A DNA stretch of 43,672 nucleotides from NCBI GenBank assembly GCA_905373605.1, contig CAJPTO010000001.1:1-43672 (forward strand), written 5' to 3'. The translations under genes were made by a program, and so were the position numbers. The notes under the pieces are model-generated. The model was not told the origin of the DNA and made no database searches. It saw only the letters and a list, made by a program, of their open reading frames with translations. Source of the stretch: an uncultured Prevotella sp. GTDB taxonomy: Bacteria > Bacteroidota > Bacteroidia > Bacteroidales > Bacteroidaceae. Shown here piece by piece: positions 35,839 to 43,672 of the stretch (position 1 is the stretch's first letter; each line of letters starts with the position of its first letter).

Positions 35839-36837
35839 ATGGTTAAAGTAGCATTCTTCGATACCAAGTCGTACGATGAAACTTCGTTCAACAAGACCAA
35901 CGCCGACTATGGTTTCGACATTCATTATTATCAAGAGCATCTCAATCTTAAAACCGTTCCGTTGGCCAAAGGGGCCGATGTGGTGTGCATTTTCGTTAAC
36001 GCCGAGTGCAATGCAGCCGTTATCGACGAGTTGGAGAAGTATGGCGTGAAGCTCATCGCACTGCGTTGTGCGGGCTTCAACAACGTTGATTTGAAGGCGG
36101 CAAAGGGCCGGATAAAGGTGGTGCGTGTGCCTGCTTACTCGCCACATGCCGTTGCCGAGTATGCCGTTTCACTGATGTTGGCCTTGAATCGCAAGATTTT
36201 CCGCGCCGTTAACCGCACACGCGAAGGCAATTTTGCGCTTAAGGGCTTGATGGGTTTCGACATGCATGGCAAGACGGCAGGCATCGTGGGCATGGGTCGC
36301 ATTGCAAAAGAACTGATAAAGATATTGCATGGCTTCGGTATGCGTGTGATGGCATACGACCTTTACCCCGACCAAGACTTTGCCAAGCAATATGATGTGC
36401 AGCTGGTTTCGCTGGATGAGCTGTATGCACAGAGCGACATCATCTCGCTGCATTGCCCGCTTACGCCCGAAACTACGTTTCTTATCAATGCCCAAAGCAT
36501 TGCGAAGATGAAGCGGGGCGTGATGATTATCAACACGGGGCGTGGAAAACTTATCCATACCGAGGACCTTATCGAGGGCTTGCGCACAAAACAGGTGGGT
36601 TCGGCTGGGCTGGATGTATATGAAGAAGAGAAGAATTACTTCTACGAAGACCGCAGCGACAAGATTATCGACGATGATGTTCTTGCCCGTTTGCTGATGA
36701 TGCCCAACGTCGTGCTTACCTCGCACCAGGCTTTTTTCACGGCCGAGGCCATGCACAACATTGCCCTTACCACGCTGGAAAGCATTAAGGAGTTCAGCGA
36801 AGGTAAGGCGTTGACAAACGAAGTGATGGAGATGTAG
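35839..36837 (+). CDS. ldhA: D-lactate dehydrogenase (D-2-hydroxyacid dehydrogenase)
   Basis: ALRCAGFNNVD; RVPAYSPHAVAE; GxGxxA Rossmann region; SLHCPL; INTGRG; GLDVYEEE; TSHQAFFT. Confidence 0.93.
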   Translation: MVKVAFFDTKSYDETSFNKTNADYGFDIHYYQEHLNLKTVPLAKGADVVCIFVNAECNAAVIDELEKYGVKLIALRCAGFNNVDLKAAKGRIKVVRVPAYSPHAVAEYAVSLMLALNRKIFRAVNRTREGNFALKGLMGFDMHGKTAGIVGMGRIAKELIKILHGFGMRVMAYDLYPDQDFAKQYDVQLVSLDELYAQSDIISLHCPLTPETTFLINAQSIAKMKRGVMIINTGRGKLIHTEDLIEGLRTKQVGSAGLDVYEEEKNYFYEDRSDKIIDDDVLARLLMMPNVVLTSHQAFFTAEAMHNIALTTLESIKEFSEGKALTNEVMEM

Positions 36838-36839
36838 GT

Positions 36840-36915
36840 TTTTGAGGTTGTGAGTTTGTGAGTTCATGAGTTTTTAGTTTGTGAGTTTGTGGCTCTGAGT
36901 TCGTGAGTTTTGAGG
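36840..36915. repeat. Degenerate 8-bp tandem repeat (TTGTGAGT type)
   Basis: ttgtgagt-ttgtgagt-tcatgagt-ttttagtt-tgtgagtt... immediately after the ldhA stop. Confidence 0.7.
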
Positions 36916-37123
36916 CTTTCCCTGCTCTTGAACTTATGATTTCCTAAACTTTTAAGTTCGTTGGCGTCTTTTCTTTTGCGGTCTTGGCCGCTTAAGTTTG
37001 TGGCATAATGGCAGAGATTTAAGCACTCTTGAATGGATTGAAGACGGAAACACCAATGAAATGAACAACTCATAATCGCACGAACTTATCAACATATCAA
37101 CTCGTAAGCATACTGTTTAGGCT

Positions 37124-37159
37124 AAAAAAGAGAGGGGTTGCCATGTAGGCAACCCCTCT
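37124..37159 (-). terminator. Intrinsic terminator
   Basis: 12-bp perfect stem AGAGGGGTTGCC-N5-GGCAACCCCTCT followed by CTTTTTT on the minus strand. Confidence 0.85.
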
Positions 37160-37222
37160 TTCAGTCCCTTTTATAGTGCAGTATGAAAGCCTATAGCTAT
37201 CAAGTGCACTTTGTTACTAGTG
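37124..37222 (-). ncRNA. Candidate standalone ~100-nt small RNA
   Basis: TACCTTTG -7 element at 37223-37230; 5' hairpin (AGTGCA...TGCACT with an inner TGATAGC/GCTTTCA stem); strong terminator; no ORF. Confidence 0.6.
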
Positions 37223-37432
37223 CAAAGGTAGTGATTTTTTTATTTTCTTGCAAGCATTATGTAAACCAAGTTCAGCGAATGGATAACAATGAACTGAAGC
37301 CTGCTTAGGATTGTGTCTATATGTTTCGTGAAATACAACCTAATTATCGTATTATGTCGGATGTTCAATTACTGATTTTAGAATCAAAACTCACGTAAAT
37401 AAGATTTATTAAGAAACTAACCACAATAGAAG

Positions 37433-38419
37433 CTAGTCAATTAAAGATAGTCCTCTCATCACATTTCCGAAGAATTTTATTGCAAGTTTGCGTGGTTCTT
37501 CTAATCTGTCGTATAGATCTTTTGAAAGAGGGTTTATCTTCATGTAGTCTAAAATGAAGATACTCATAAAAGAAAGCACGCATCTTGTTACAAATATTGC
37601 ATTGACAACGTCTTCACGATCGCCATCTTCCTCGAACGCATCGCGAAACTGGATTAATGATAAATATGATGGATGGCCATGAAGACTAAATTGTGAATAT
37701 ATTGCATCAAAGACACCTTCTTTAACGTTAAGTAATGTATGTGCCTGGTTGTATTGTATTGGTTCCATTGTGTTATCCTCTTTAAAGGTATAACGAAATT
37801 TTCTACCAAAGGCATTATCAATTAGTTGTTTTGTTTCTTTGTTCAGCGTTTTGTATAATCCCGTTTCTTCAATTGCTCTCTTACACTCGTCAACAGCTTG
37901 TTCTTCTTCCTTTATTCTTTCCGGATTTTCTTTACGAAATCCTTCATCGCTGTTTCTTAATCTTTCCTGTAAAGAATGGGCAATGAAGAGATTATGAATG
38001 ATTGTCTGTTGGTCTAGGCTCTTAGGAATAACAAATATAAGCTCAAAAGCGATAAGTGATTCGTATATTCGTCTAGCTACAGTAAAAAGAGTGGGGAAAT
38101 CCATAATTATATTTAAGCGGCAGAATTCGGTCGAATAGCTGATGCCATCAAGCAATAGCGAAAAACTACAGCCTTTACTGAACATTGTTTGAAGCCAAAT
38201 ATTCCTGTCATCCTCGTACTCAGATGTTGCAATATAGTTTGAAGGCCAATCAATTGCATTGAAATAGAAGTCAAGCATCACTTTCATATATTGCTTACAT
38301 TCATCTATATTTTCCAACTGAGCTAATTTATAAACATCTTCTTTAGATACTATTTGTTTATGTATCGTTGTTTCAATGGGCTTGTTTAAATCTTTAAATT
38401 GCCTTTCGTCTAATGTCAT
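37433..38419 (-). CDS. AT-rich hypothetical protein (possibly DUF5677-like)
   Basis: 328-aa helical ORF, visibly AT-richer than its flanks; ARRIYES and YSQFSLHGHPS motifs. Confidence 0.75.
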   Translation of the reverse strand: MTLDERQFKDLNKPIETTIHKQIVSKEDVYKLAQLENIDECKQYMKVMLDFYFNAIDWPSNYIATSEYEDDRNIWLQTMFSKGCSFSLLLDGISYSTEFCRLNIIMDFPTLFTVARRIYESLIAFELIFVIPKSLDQQTIIHNLFIAHSLQERLRNSDEGFRKENPERIKEEEQAVDECKRAIEETGLYKTLNKETKQLIDNAFGRKFRYTFKEDNTMEPIQYNQAHTLLNVKEGVFDAIYSQFSLHGHPSYLSLIQFRDAFEEDGDREDVVNAIFVTRCVLSFMSIFILDYMKINPLSKDLYDRLEEPRKLAIKFFGNVMRGLSLID

Positions 38420-38442
38420 ACCTGTGTAATAGATTTTGATAT

Positions 38443-38934
38443 TTATTTATATAGCGCGCCATGCAGATAGCTAACGCGGCTGATGTGCAGGCCAACATCG
38501 GATATTCCGGGCAGCATGTCGCGCTTCATGTCGTGGTAAATGCTCACCACAAGGCTGTCGCCCTCGCGCAAATCGGGCTTGGCGATGGGGTAACTGTACT
38601 GATAATAGCTAATGCCGCGCGAAAGTCGCGTGCCATCAGCCTTGCTGAACGTGCAGTTGATGGTGTCGGTAAGCTCCTTGTTTCCTGGCACAATGCGCTG
38701 CTTAACGATGAGCGTGGCAGCCGTAAAAGGGTATGCGCCGTTGATGCGCACATCCAGTTGCTGGGCGAAAACGCCGCCCTGATGAAGCCTAGGAACATAA
38801 AACTTCAGGGTGTCGTTCTTCTCCCAGCCGCTCACCGAGGTGTGGTTGTAGCGGTGGTAGACGGTATTCATCGTGCATGCGCTGAAAATGGCGGCAGCGA
38901 TGGCCGCCAATGCGCCTTTCACTAAACGCTTCAT
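38443..38934 (-). CDS. gldH: Gliding motility lipoprotein GldH homolog
   Basis: FSAC lipobox; VYHRY...GWEKNDTL...YPF...TDT...HDMKRDMLPGISDVG; holB-ricT-gldH order typical of Bacteroidota. Confidence 0.88.
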   Translation of the reverse strand: MKRLVKGALAAIAAAIFSACTMNTVYHRYNHTSVSGWEKNDTLKFYVPRLHQGGVFAQQLDVRINGAYPFTAATLIVKQRIVPGNKELTDTINCTFSKADGTRLSRGISYYQYSYPIAKPDLREGDSLVVSIYHDMKRDMLPGISDVGLHISRVSYLHGALYK

Positions 38935-38940
38935 GGGTTG

Positions 38941-40266
38941 CTATTCTTTTCTTTGCTGTTGGGCATTGGCCGCTGGCGCGCCCTGCCGGCGTGGGTTTTC
39001 GCGGCGGTTTCGGTTGCCGTTGTTGTCTTGCCTGCCCTCCTGAGTCCTGTTTTGTTGTGGCCGTTGTCGGCGTTTGTCGGCTTGTTGCTCGCGTTGTCGG
39101 GGCTGTTCGCGGCGTTGTGGTGCGGTGTTCTGCGGTGCGTTGTCGCGTTTGTCGGGCTTAGGTTTGCCGTTGGGTTGGCGTTTTGGGCGTTTCGACTTGT
39201 CGAAACGGCTCAAGTCGGCGTTGGCCAACAAGTCGATGGGCTTCTCAGGTTGGCGTTTATGGCGTTCCTCAACCAGCGACTCGGGGTTCTCGCCGCGTCG
39301 GTTCATCTCGATGATAGCCCTTGCGCGTTCGGCCGAAATGGTTTCCAGGTTCACGGCGAGGTTCTTATCGGTGGAGTAGGTTACGGTGCCAGCCAGTATG
39401 TCGCTTTTGAAAACAAAGTATTCGGCATCGCTCGTGTGCAGCGAAACCTCTTTGCTGGGCATGCGTTTTGCCGCTTCCACGTAGTTGTCTACCTCGTAAT
39501 TGAGGCAACATTTCAGCTTTCCGCACATGCCCGCAAGCTTTTGTGGGTTTAGCGAGATGTCTTGAAAGCGGGCGGCATTGGTGTTAACCGACACGAAATT
39601 CTTATTCCATGTGGCGCAACAAAGCTCTCGCCCACAGGGGCCGGTGCCGCCAATGCGCCCCGCTTCTTGGCGTGCGCCAATCTGTTTCATCTCTATTCGC
39701 ACGTGGAACGTGTCTGCCAGCACCTTGATGAGCTGTCGGAAGTCCACCCTTTCGTCGGCAATGTAGTAGAAAATGGCCTTGTTTCCGTCGCCTTGATACT
39801 CCACATCGCCTATTTTCATCTTCAATCCCAGGTCTTTTGCAATCTGTCGGCTTTGTATCATCGTGCCGTTTTCGCGGCTTTTTGCCTCTTCATATTTGTC
39901 GATGTCCACGGGTTTGGCCAGTCGGTAGATGCGTTTGATGTCGTCGGCCGACTTCAGGTTGGCCTTTTTTATTTGCAAGGCCACGAGCCTTCCCGTGAGT
40001 GTAACCGTGCCGATGTCGTGTCCGGGGCTTGCTTCCACGGCCACGATGTCGCCTGTTGTGAGCTGGAGGTTGTTCACGTTGTGGTAATATCCCTTGCGCG
40101 TGTTCTTGAATTGCACCTCCACGAGGTCGGTTTTGTCGGGGTCGTTAACAATGTCGGCCAGCCAATCGTAAGTATTTAGTTGGTGGTCCGAACGGCAACA
40201 GCCACCACAGCAAAGGCCGTGGTCGCAGCCAGTGGCCACCTTAAACTTCATATTTTTGTAATCCAT
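38941..40266 (-). CDS. ricT: PSP1-domain protein, RicT/YaaT Fe-S regulatory subunit homolog
   Basis: MKIGDVEYQGDG...ERVDFRQL...IGGTGPCGRELCC...QKLAGMCGKLKCCLNYE; low-complexity Q/R/N tail. Confidence 0.92.
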   Translation of the reverse strand: MDYKNMKFKVATGCDHGLCCGGCCRSDHQLNTYDWLADIVNDPDKTDLVEVQFKNTRKGYYHNVNNLQLTTGDIVAVEASPGHDIGTVTLTGRLVALQIKKANLKSADDIKRIYRLAKPVDIDKYEEAKSRENGTMIQSRQIAKDLGLKMKIGDVEYQGDGNKAIFYYIADERVDFRQLIKVLADTFHVRIEMKQIGARQEAGRIGGTGPCGRELCCATWNKNFVSVNTNAARFQDISLNPQKLAGMCGKLKCCLNYEVDNYVEAAKRMPSKEVSLHTSDAEYFVFKSDILAGTVTYSTDKNLAVNLETISAERARAIIEMNRRGENPESLVEERHKRQPEKPIDLLANADLSRFDKSKRPKRQPNGKPKPDKRDNAPQNTAPQRREQPRQREQQADKRRQRPQQNRTQEGRQDNNGNRNRRENPRRQGAPAANAQQQRKE

Positions 40267-40415
40267 TTGTTCTTTTTGTTTATATGTTGACGGCAGGATG
40301 TTTGCCCGCGCTGGGCGAAACGTTGCCGGAGGATGCTGTATGCTTGTAGGCTTGCACGGCTTTTAGCCCGGAAGGCAGGCGGAGAAGCGTTGCAAGCCAC
40401 CGTGCTGAAGCCTTT

Positions 40416-41555
40416 TTATGCCTTTTTGATGTAGAGAATCATGTTGATGGCATAGTCGAAGAACACCACTTTGGCGTTGGCGTTCTGGGAGATGTCGCGG
40501 ATGCAGCGGTCGATGAGTTCTGAAATCTCGATGATGTTCTGTTCGTTTACGAAGCGTGCGAAGTTCTTGGCGAAGGCCTCTTCTTCGCGCGACATGTACA
40601 CAAGGTCGGCAATTCCGAAGTTGAACATGAAGTTTTCGCGCATCAGCCGTGCGAAGTAGGCCAGCATGCGCTTTTGTTTCTCGCGCCCGTAAGCGGCCAC
40701 GGCATCGCTCCAACGGCGCAAGTCGCGGATGTTGCGTTGGTAAGCCAGCCGCATCAGCATGATGAACATGTCCAAGAACTGGCGGTTTTCGTTGTCAACG
40801 CTCAGTTCGGCCAGCGCGTTAGTCCAGCTTCCGTTGGCCAGTCGGGCCACTCTGCGCGCATCTTCTGCGGTAATGCTTCGCTTTTCAATGAGTGCGCGTT
40901 CGATGTCGGGCACGGCAATGGGGGGCAGGTCTATGCGTTGTGTGCGGCTCTTGATGGTTTCGAGCAGCAGTTGTGGCTCTTGGCACACCATGATGAAGAG
41001 CGTTTGTGTGGGCGGTTCTTCGAGCAGCTTGAGCAATTTGTTGGCGCATTCTTGGTTCATGCGTTCGGCCAACCACACCACAGCCACCTTATATCCCCCC
41101 TGGCTCGACTTCATTCCGAGCCTGCGCATCAGCAAGTCGCTTTCGCCCACGCCCATCTGTGCCTGTTGGTTGGCGGCATCCATCTGGTCGAGCCAAAGGT
41201 CCATAGTGGGATAAAGCGTCTTTTGCAACATCTCTCGCCACTGTGGGGCGAAGTCTTCGCTGTTCATCTTGTGTTCGGCAGACGTTCCTGCGGGCCTTAT
41301 CACGGGGTAAGCGAAGTGCAAGTCGGGATGTTCGAAGCGGCGCATCATGGCACAAGCGGCACATTCACCGCACGGAGCGTCGCCCTGGGCGTGGTGTTCG
41401 CACAGCAGATACGAGGCAAGAGCCAGCCCCGTGGCCAACTTTCCGCTTCCGGCAGGGCCGCAAAGCATCAGCGCATGGGGTAAACGGTTGGTGTGCACCA
41501 TGCTTATCAGTCGGCGTTTAACCTCGTCTTGACCTATTACATCGTTCCAGTTCAT
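40416..41555 (-). CDS. holB: DNA polymerase III subunit delta-prime
   Basis: VIGQ; HALMLCGPAGSGKL; Zn-finger C..C..C; HPDL; ANKLLKLLEEPP; ETIKSR. Confidence 0.92.
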   Translation of the reverse strand: MNWNDVIGQDEVKRRLISMVHTNRLPHALMLCGPAGSGKLATGLALASYLLCEHHAQGDAPCGECAACAMMRRFEHPDLHFAYPVIRPAGTSAEHKMNSEDFAPQWREMLQKTLYPTMDLWLDQMDAANQQAQMGVGESDLLMRRLGMKSSQGGYKVAVVWLAERMNQECANKLLKLLEEPPTQTLFIMVCQEPQLLLETIKSRTQRIDLPPIAVPDIERALIEKRSITAEDARRVARLANGSWTNALAELSVDNENRQFLDMFIMLMRLAYQRNIRDLRRWSDAVAAYGREKQKRMLAYFARLMRENFMFNFGIADLVYMSREEEAFAKNFARFVNEQNIIEISELIDRCIRDISQNANAKVVFFDYAINMILYIKKA

Positions 41556-42508
41556 AGCAAATTTTTAGCCACTTCGCAGATGGAATCGACCGCCGAGACG
41601 GTGTAAAAATGTATGCTTGGCACGCCATAGGCATATAGTTCGCGGCACTGTTGCGTAGCCCATTCCACGCCAAGTGCCTTTGCATCGTCGTCTGTTTGGC
41701 ACTTAACGATTTCGTTGGCCAAGGCCGTTGGCAGGTCACAATGGAAAGTTCGTGGGATAACCGTCAGTTGTGCCAGCTTGGCAAAAGGCTTAATGCCCGG
41801 CACGATGGGGATGGTAACGCCCTTTTGGCGTGCCTTAGCCACGAAGTCGAAGTATTTCTGGTTGTCGTAAAACAGCTGTGTAACGGCATATTTCGCGCCC
41901 AGTTGTTGTTTGTGCAGCAAGAAATCGATGTCCATGTCGATGTTTGGAGCCTCCTCATGTTTCTCGGGATAGCATGCCACGCCATATTCGAAGCTCTCCC
42001 CCGGATGTTTGATGGGCGTTCCATCGGCAAAAAATCCCTCGTTGAATCGGTTCACCTGCTCGATGAGGTCGGTGGTATGGGCGTGCCCGTTGGGTGTGGG
42101 AGTGAACATACGTTCATCTCTCGCCTTGTCGCCACGCAGCAAAAGCAGGTTTTGTATGCCGAGGAATTGCAAGTCGAGCAGTTCGTATTCGATGCTTTCA
42201 ATCGTTGCTCCGCTGCAAATAACGTGTGGAATGACGGGAATGTTGTAGCGTTGTTGAATGGCAGCAGCGATGGCAATTGTTCCTGGACGTCGGCGAATGC
42301 GGTCGCGTTCGTATTGTCCGTTGTCCAGCTGACGGTAAACAAACTCGCTGTTGTGGGTGGTGATGTTGATGTAATTGGGAGAAAACTCGCGCAGGCGGTC
42401 TATGGTACGAAACAATTGTGCCGTGCCGTTGCCTTTGAGTGGTGGCAGCACCTCGAACGAGAGGCCCTTGGCTGCCGCCTTTTTATTTAGGAAATCGCTT
42501 ACTTTCAT
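41552..42508 (-). CDS. metF: 5,10-methylenetetrahydrofolate reductase
   Basis: Start at MKVSDFL; SFEVLPP; LLLRGD; VACYPEKH; TQLFYD; PIVPGIKP; IHFYT. Confidence 0.95.
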   Translation of the reverse strand: MKVSDFLNKKAAAKGLSFEVLPPLKGNGTAQLFRTIDRLREFSPNYINITTHNSEFVYRQLDNGQYERDRIRRRPGTIAIAAAIQQRYNIPVIPHVICSGATIESIEYELLDLQFLGIQNLLLLRGDKARDERMFTPTPNGHAHTTDLIEQVNRFNEGFFADGTPIKHPGESFEYGVACYPEKHEEAPNIDMDIDFLLHKQQLGAKYAVTQLFYDNQKYFDFVAKARQKGVTIPIVPGIKPFAKLAQLTVIPRTFHCDLPTALANEIVKCQTDDDAKALGVEWATQQCRELYAYGVPSIHFYTVSAVDSICEVAKNLL

Positions 42509-42708
42509 TTTTATTTGGTGTTTGGGTTGCAGCGTCTGCGCCCCGTGTTTCCCCTTGTTCCAGTCCGTTGCATGGTGCATTGGTGGCGTGGGGGCATATA
42601 TAAATAGGTGTTACAGGCAGCCTTCGCCCCACCTTTGCGTTTGCGAATGCAGCCTGTTAGCCCTTGTTGTTGTGTACCAACGCCTTGGGACGTGGCTTAT
42701 TGTTGTGC

Positions 42709-42833
42709 CGAGTGCAATGAGAGCTTACTCCTAATTTGCCGAGTGCAGGACAACTTATGCAAAGTTGCCGCCAACGAGTGCAATGAGAACTTGCTCTTAA
42801 ATTGCCGAGTGCAGGACAACTTATGCAAAGTTA
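42709..42833. repeat. Two copies (66-bp period) of a ~58-bp element overlapping the metF promoter
   Basis: CGAGTGCAATGAGA...TTGCCGAGTGCAGGACAACTTATGCAAAGTT at 42709 and 42775; the second copy ends in CAAAGTTA (TAACTTTG on the minus strand). Confidence 0.85.
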
Positions 42834-43045
42834 CAACATTTTTTTGGCTTTTAGGTGCAACACCTTACCTTTGTTGTTTTTTTGCATAACGCGTCACAAG
42901 TGCAAAGTGTATGATGCACCCTTAATATGCAAGCAAAATGCGTTTGGCTAAGATCAATAAAGGCACAAGTTTTTTTCTGGTTTCAGTTAAGCAAAACATG
43001 TAATATACGGATGTCATTGTCACCGTCGCGGTACTGCATATTACT

Positions 43046-43079
43046 CCCCTCTCCCCTTGGAGAGGGGCTGGGGTGAGGC
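43046..43079. repeat. REP-like GC-rich hairpin
   Basis: CCCCTCTCC-CCTT-GGAGAGGGG followed by CTGGGGTGAGGC, just downstream of the 43087 stop. Confidence 0.55.
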
Positions 43080-43086
43080 TTTATTC

Positions 43087-43365
43087 CTACTTCTCCTCCG
43101 TAAACTCTACGTATTCGCCCTCGTGTTGTTCGAAAATCTTTTGGTTCATGCGTTCGGATGTGCGGCTGTCGATAATCACTTCGCCGTCTTTCCCTGCACG
43201 TTGCGTGCCCCTTTGGGCAGAAGAGGCGGAGGAGGCGGTGTTGAATTGACGGAGGGTTTGGCGCACAAACTTGACGATGCGCCTGAACATCAATAAGAAA
43301 GCTATCAGTGCCACAACAAACACCGACAGCAAAAGCACGCCTATCGACTTAAAGATAAACTCCAT
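43087..43365 (-). CDS. DUF4834-like small membrane protein
   Basis: N-terminal TM and C-terminal KIF...EGEYVEFTEEK; follows pssA as in other Bacteroidales. Confidence 0.8.
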   Translation of the reverse strand: MEFIFKSIGVLLLSVFVVALIAFLLMFRRIVKFVRQTLRQFNTASSASSAQRGTQRAGKDGEVIIDSRTSERMNQKIFEQHEGEYVEFTEEK

Positions 43366-43367
43366 GA

Positions 43368-43672
43368 TTATTGTTTTTTAGTGGCGTTGACATATATGGA
43401 GAGCACCACATACCACGCTATGATGATGGCAAAGGCCAACACTTTGAAGATGATGAGCAGCGGTATGCAGCTTAGAGCGAAGACGTATTTCACCTCATTG
43501 CCCTTCCATCCCCATTGTTTGAACTTCAAGGCAAACATAGGTAGTTCGGACACAAGCAGCCAACAGTTGAGCAACATCAAGGCGATGAGCGCGAACGGTG
43601 CCCAATTTACAGCTTGCATCTGGCTGTCGAGTCCCAACAAAAGCGACCCCCAAAACAGGGCGTTGGCAGGTG
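43368..43672 (-). CDS. pssA: CDP-diacylglycerol--serine O-phosphatidyltransferase, 3' part (runs off the window)
   Basis: Frame open to the window edge: PANALFWGSL...LLVSELPMFALKFK...WYVVLS. Confidence 0.8.
   Translation of the reverse strand, partial: PANALFWGSLLLGLDSQMQAVNWAPFALIALMLLNCWLLVSELPMFALKFKQWGWKGNEVKYVFALSCIPLLIIFKVLAFAIIIAWYVVLSIYVNATKKQ

Noticed and set aside
38443..38934. gldH as evidence of gliding motility
   Set aside because: gldH homologs occur in this gene order in non-motile Bacteroidales, and no other motility genes are present
40674..42490. Long plus-strand ORFs of 269 and 279 aa (likewise 21522-22289, 9584-10153, 16844-17476 and 38938-39552, and 36169-36867 on the minus strand)
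   Set aside because: Antisense shadows of well-identified genes with no independent motifs
42509..42700. SAM-II or SAH riboswitch call
   Set aside because: Only a GCTAACAGG fragment resembles the SAM-II 3' end; the core pairing and consensus were not found

Overview
A Prevotellaceae-like (Bacteroidota, probably host-associated) chromosomal segment, coded mostly on the minus strand. The taxonomic call rests on gene content, TAnnTTTG promoters and gldH/susCD genes. From left to right: (1) a ~13 kb, nine-gene iron-acquisition-type locus (FecA-like TonB receptor, SusC, SusD, a degenerate Mx1-type zinc metallopeptidase lipoprotein, DUF4302-like, DUF4856-like and other surface proteins) with ferritin nearby, resembling the Capnocytophaga iron capture system; (2) an orphan HlyD adaptor followed by three paralogous small membrane proteins, one frameshifted; (3) an enzyme-less susCD pair and a secreted FMN-binding protein; (4) a polymorphic toxin locus, the most notable element: a small protein made of a signal peptide, one YD-like hairpin and a T9SS C-terminal domain, then a Sec-signal SpvB/Rhs (TcB-TcC-like) toxin with a permuted papain-like tip, then four AT-rich candidate immunity genes, three of them paralogous and one frameshifted; (5) housekeeping genes (GAF/msrC, rsmA, ldhA, gldH, ricT, holB, metF, pssA) interrupted by an AT-rich orphan gene and a candidate ~100 nt sRNA. 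Several intergenic repeat types are present, including two 22-bp palindromic tandem arrays. There is no rRNA, tRNA, CRISPR array or transposase. All family assignments come from motif recognition by eye, without database searches.
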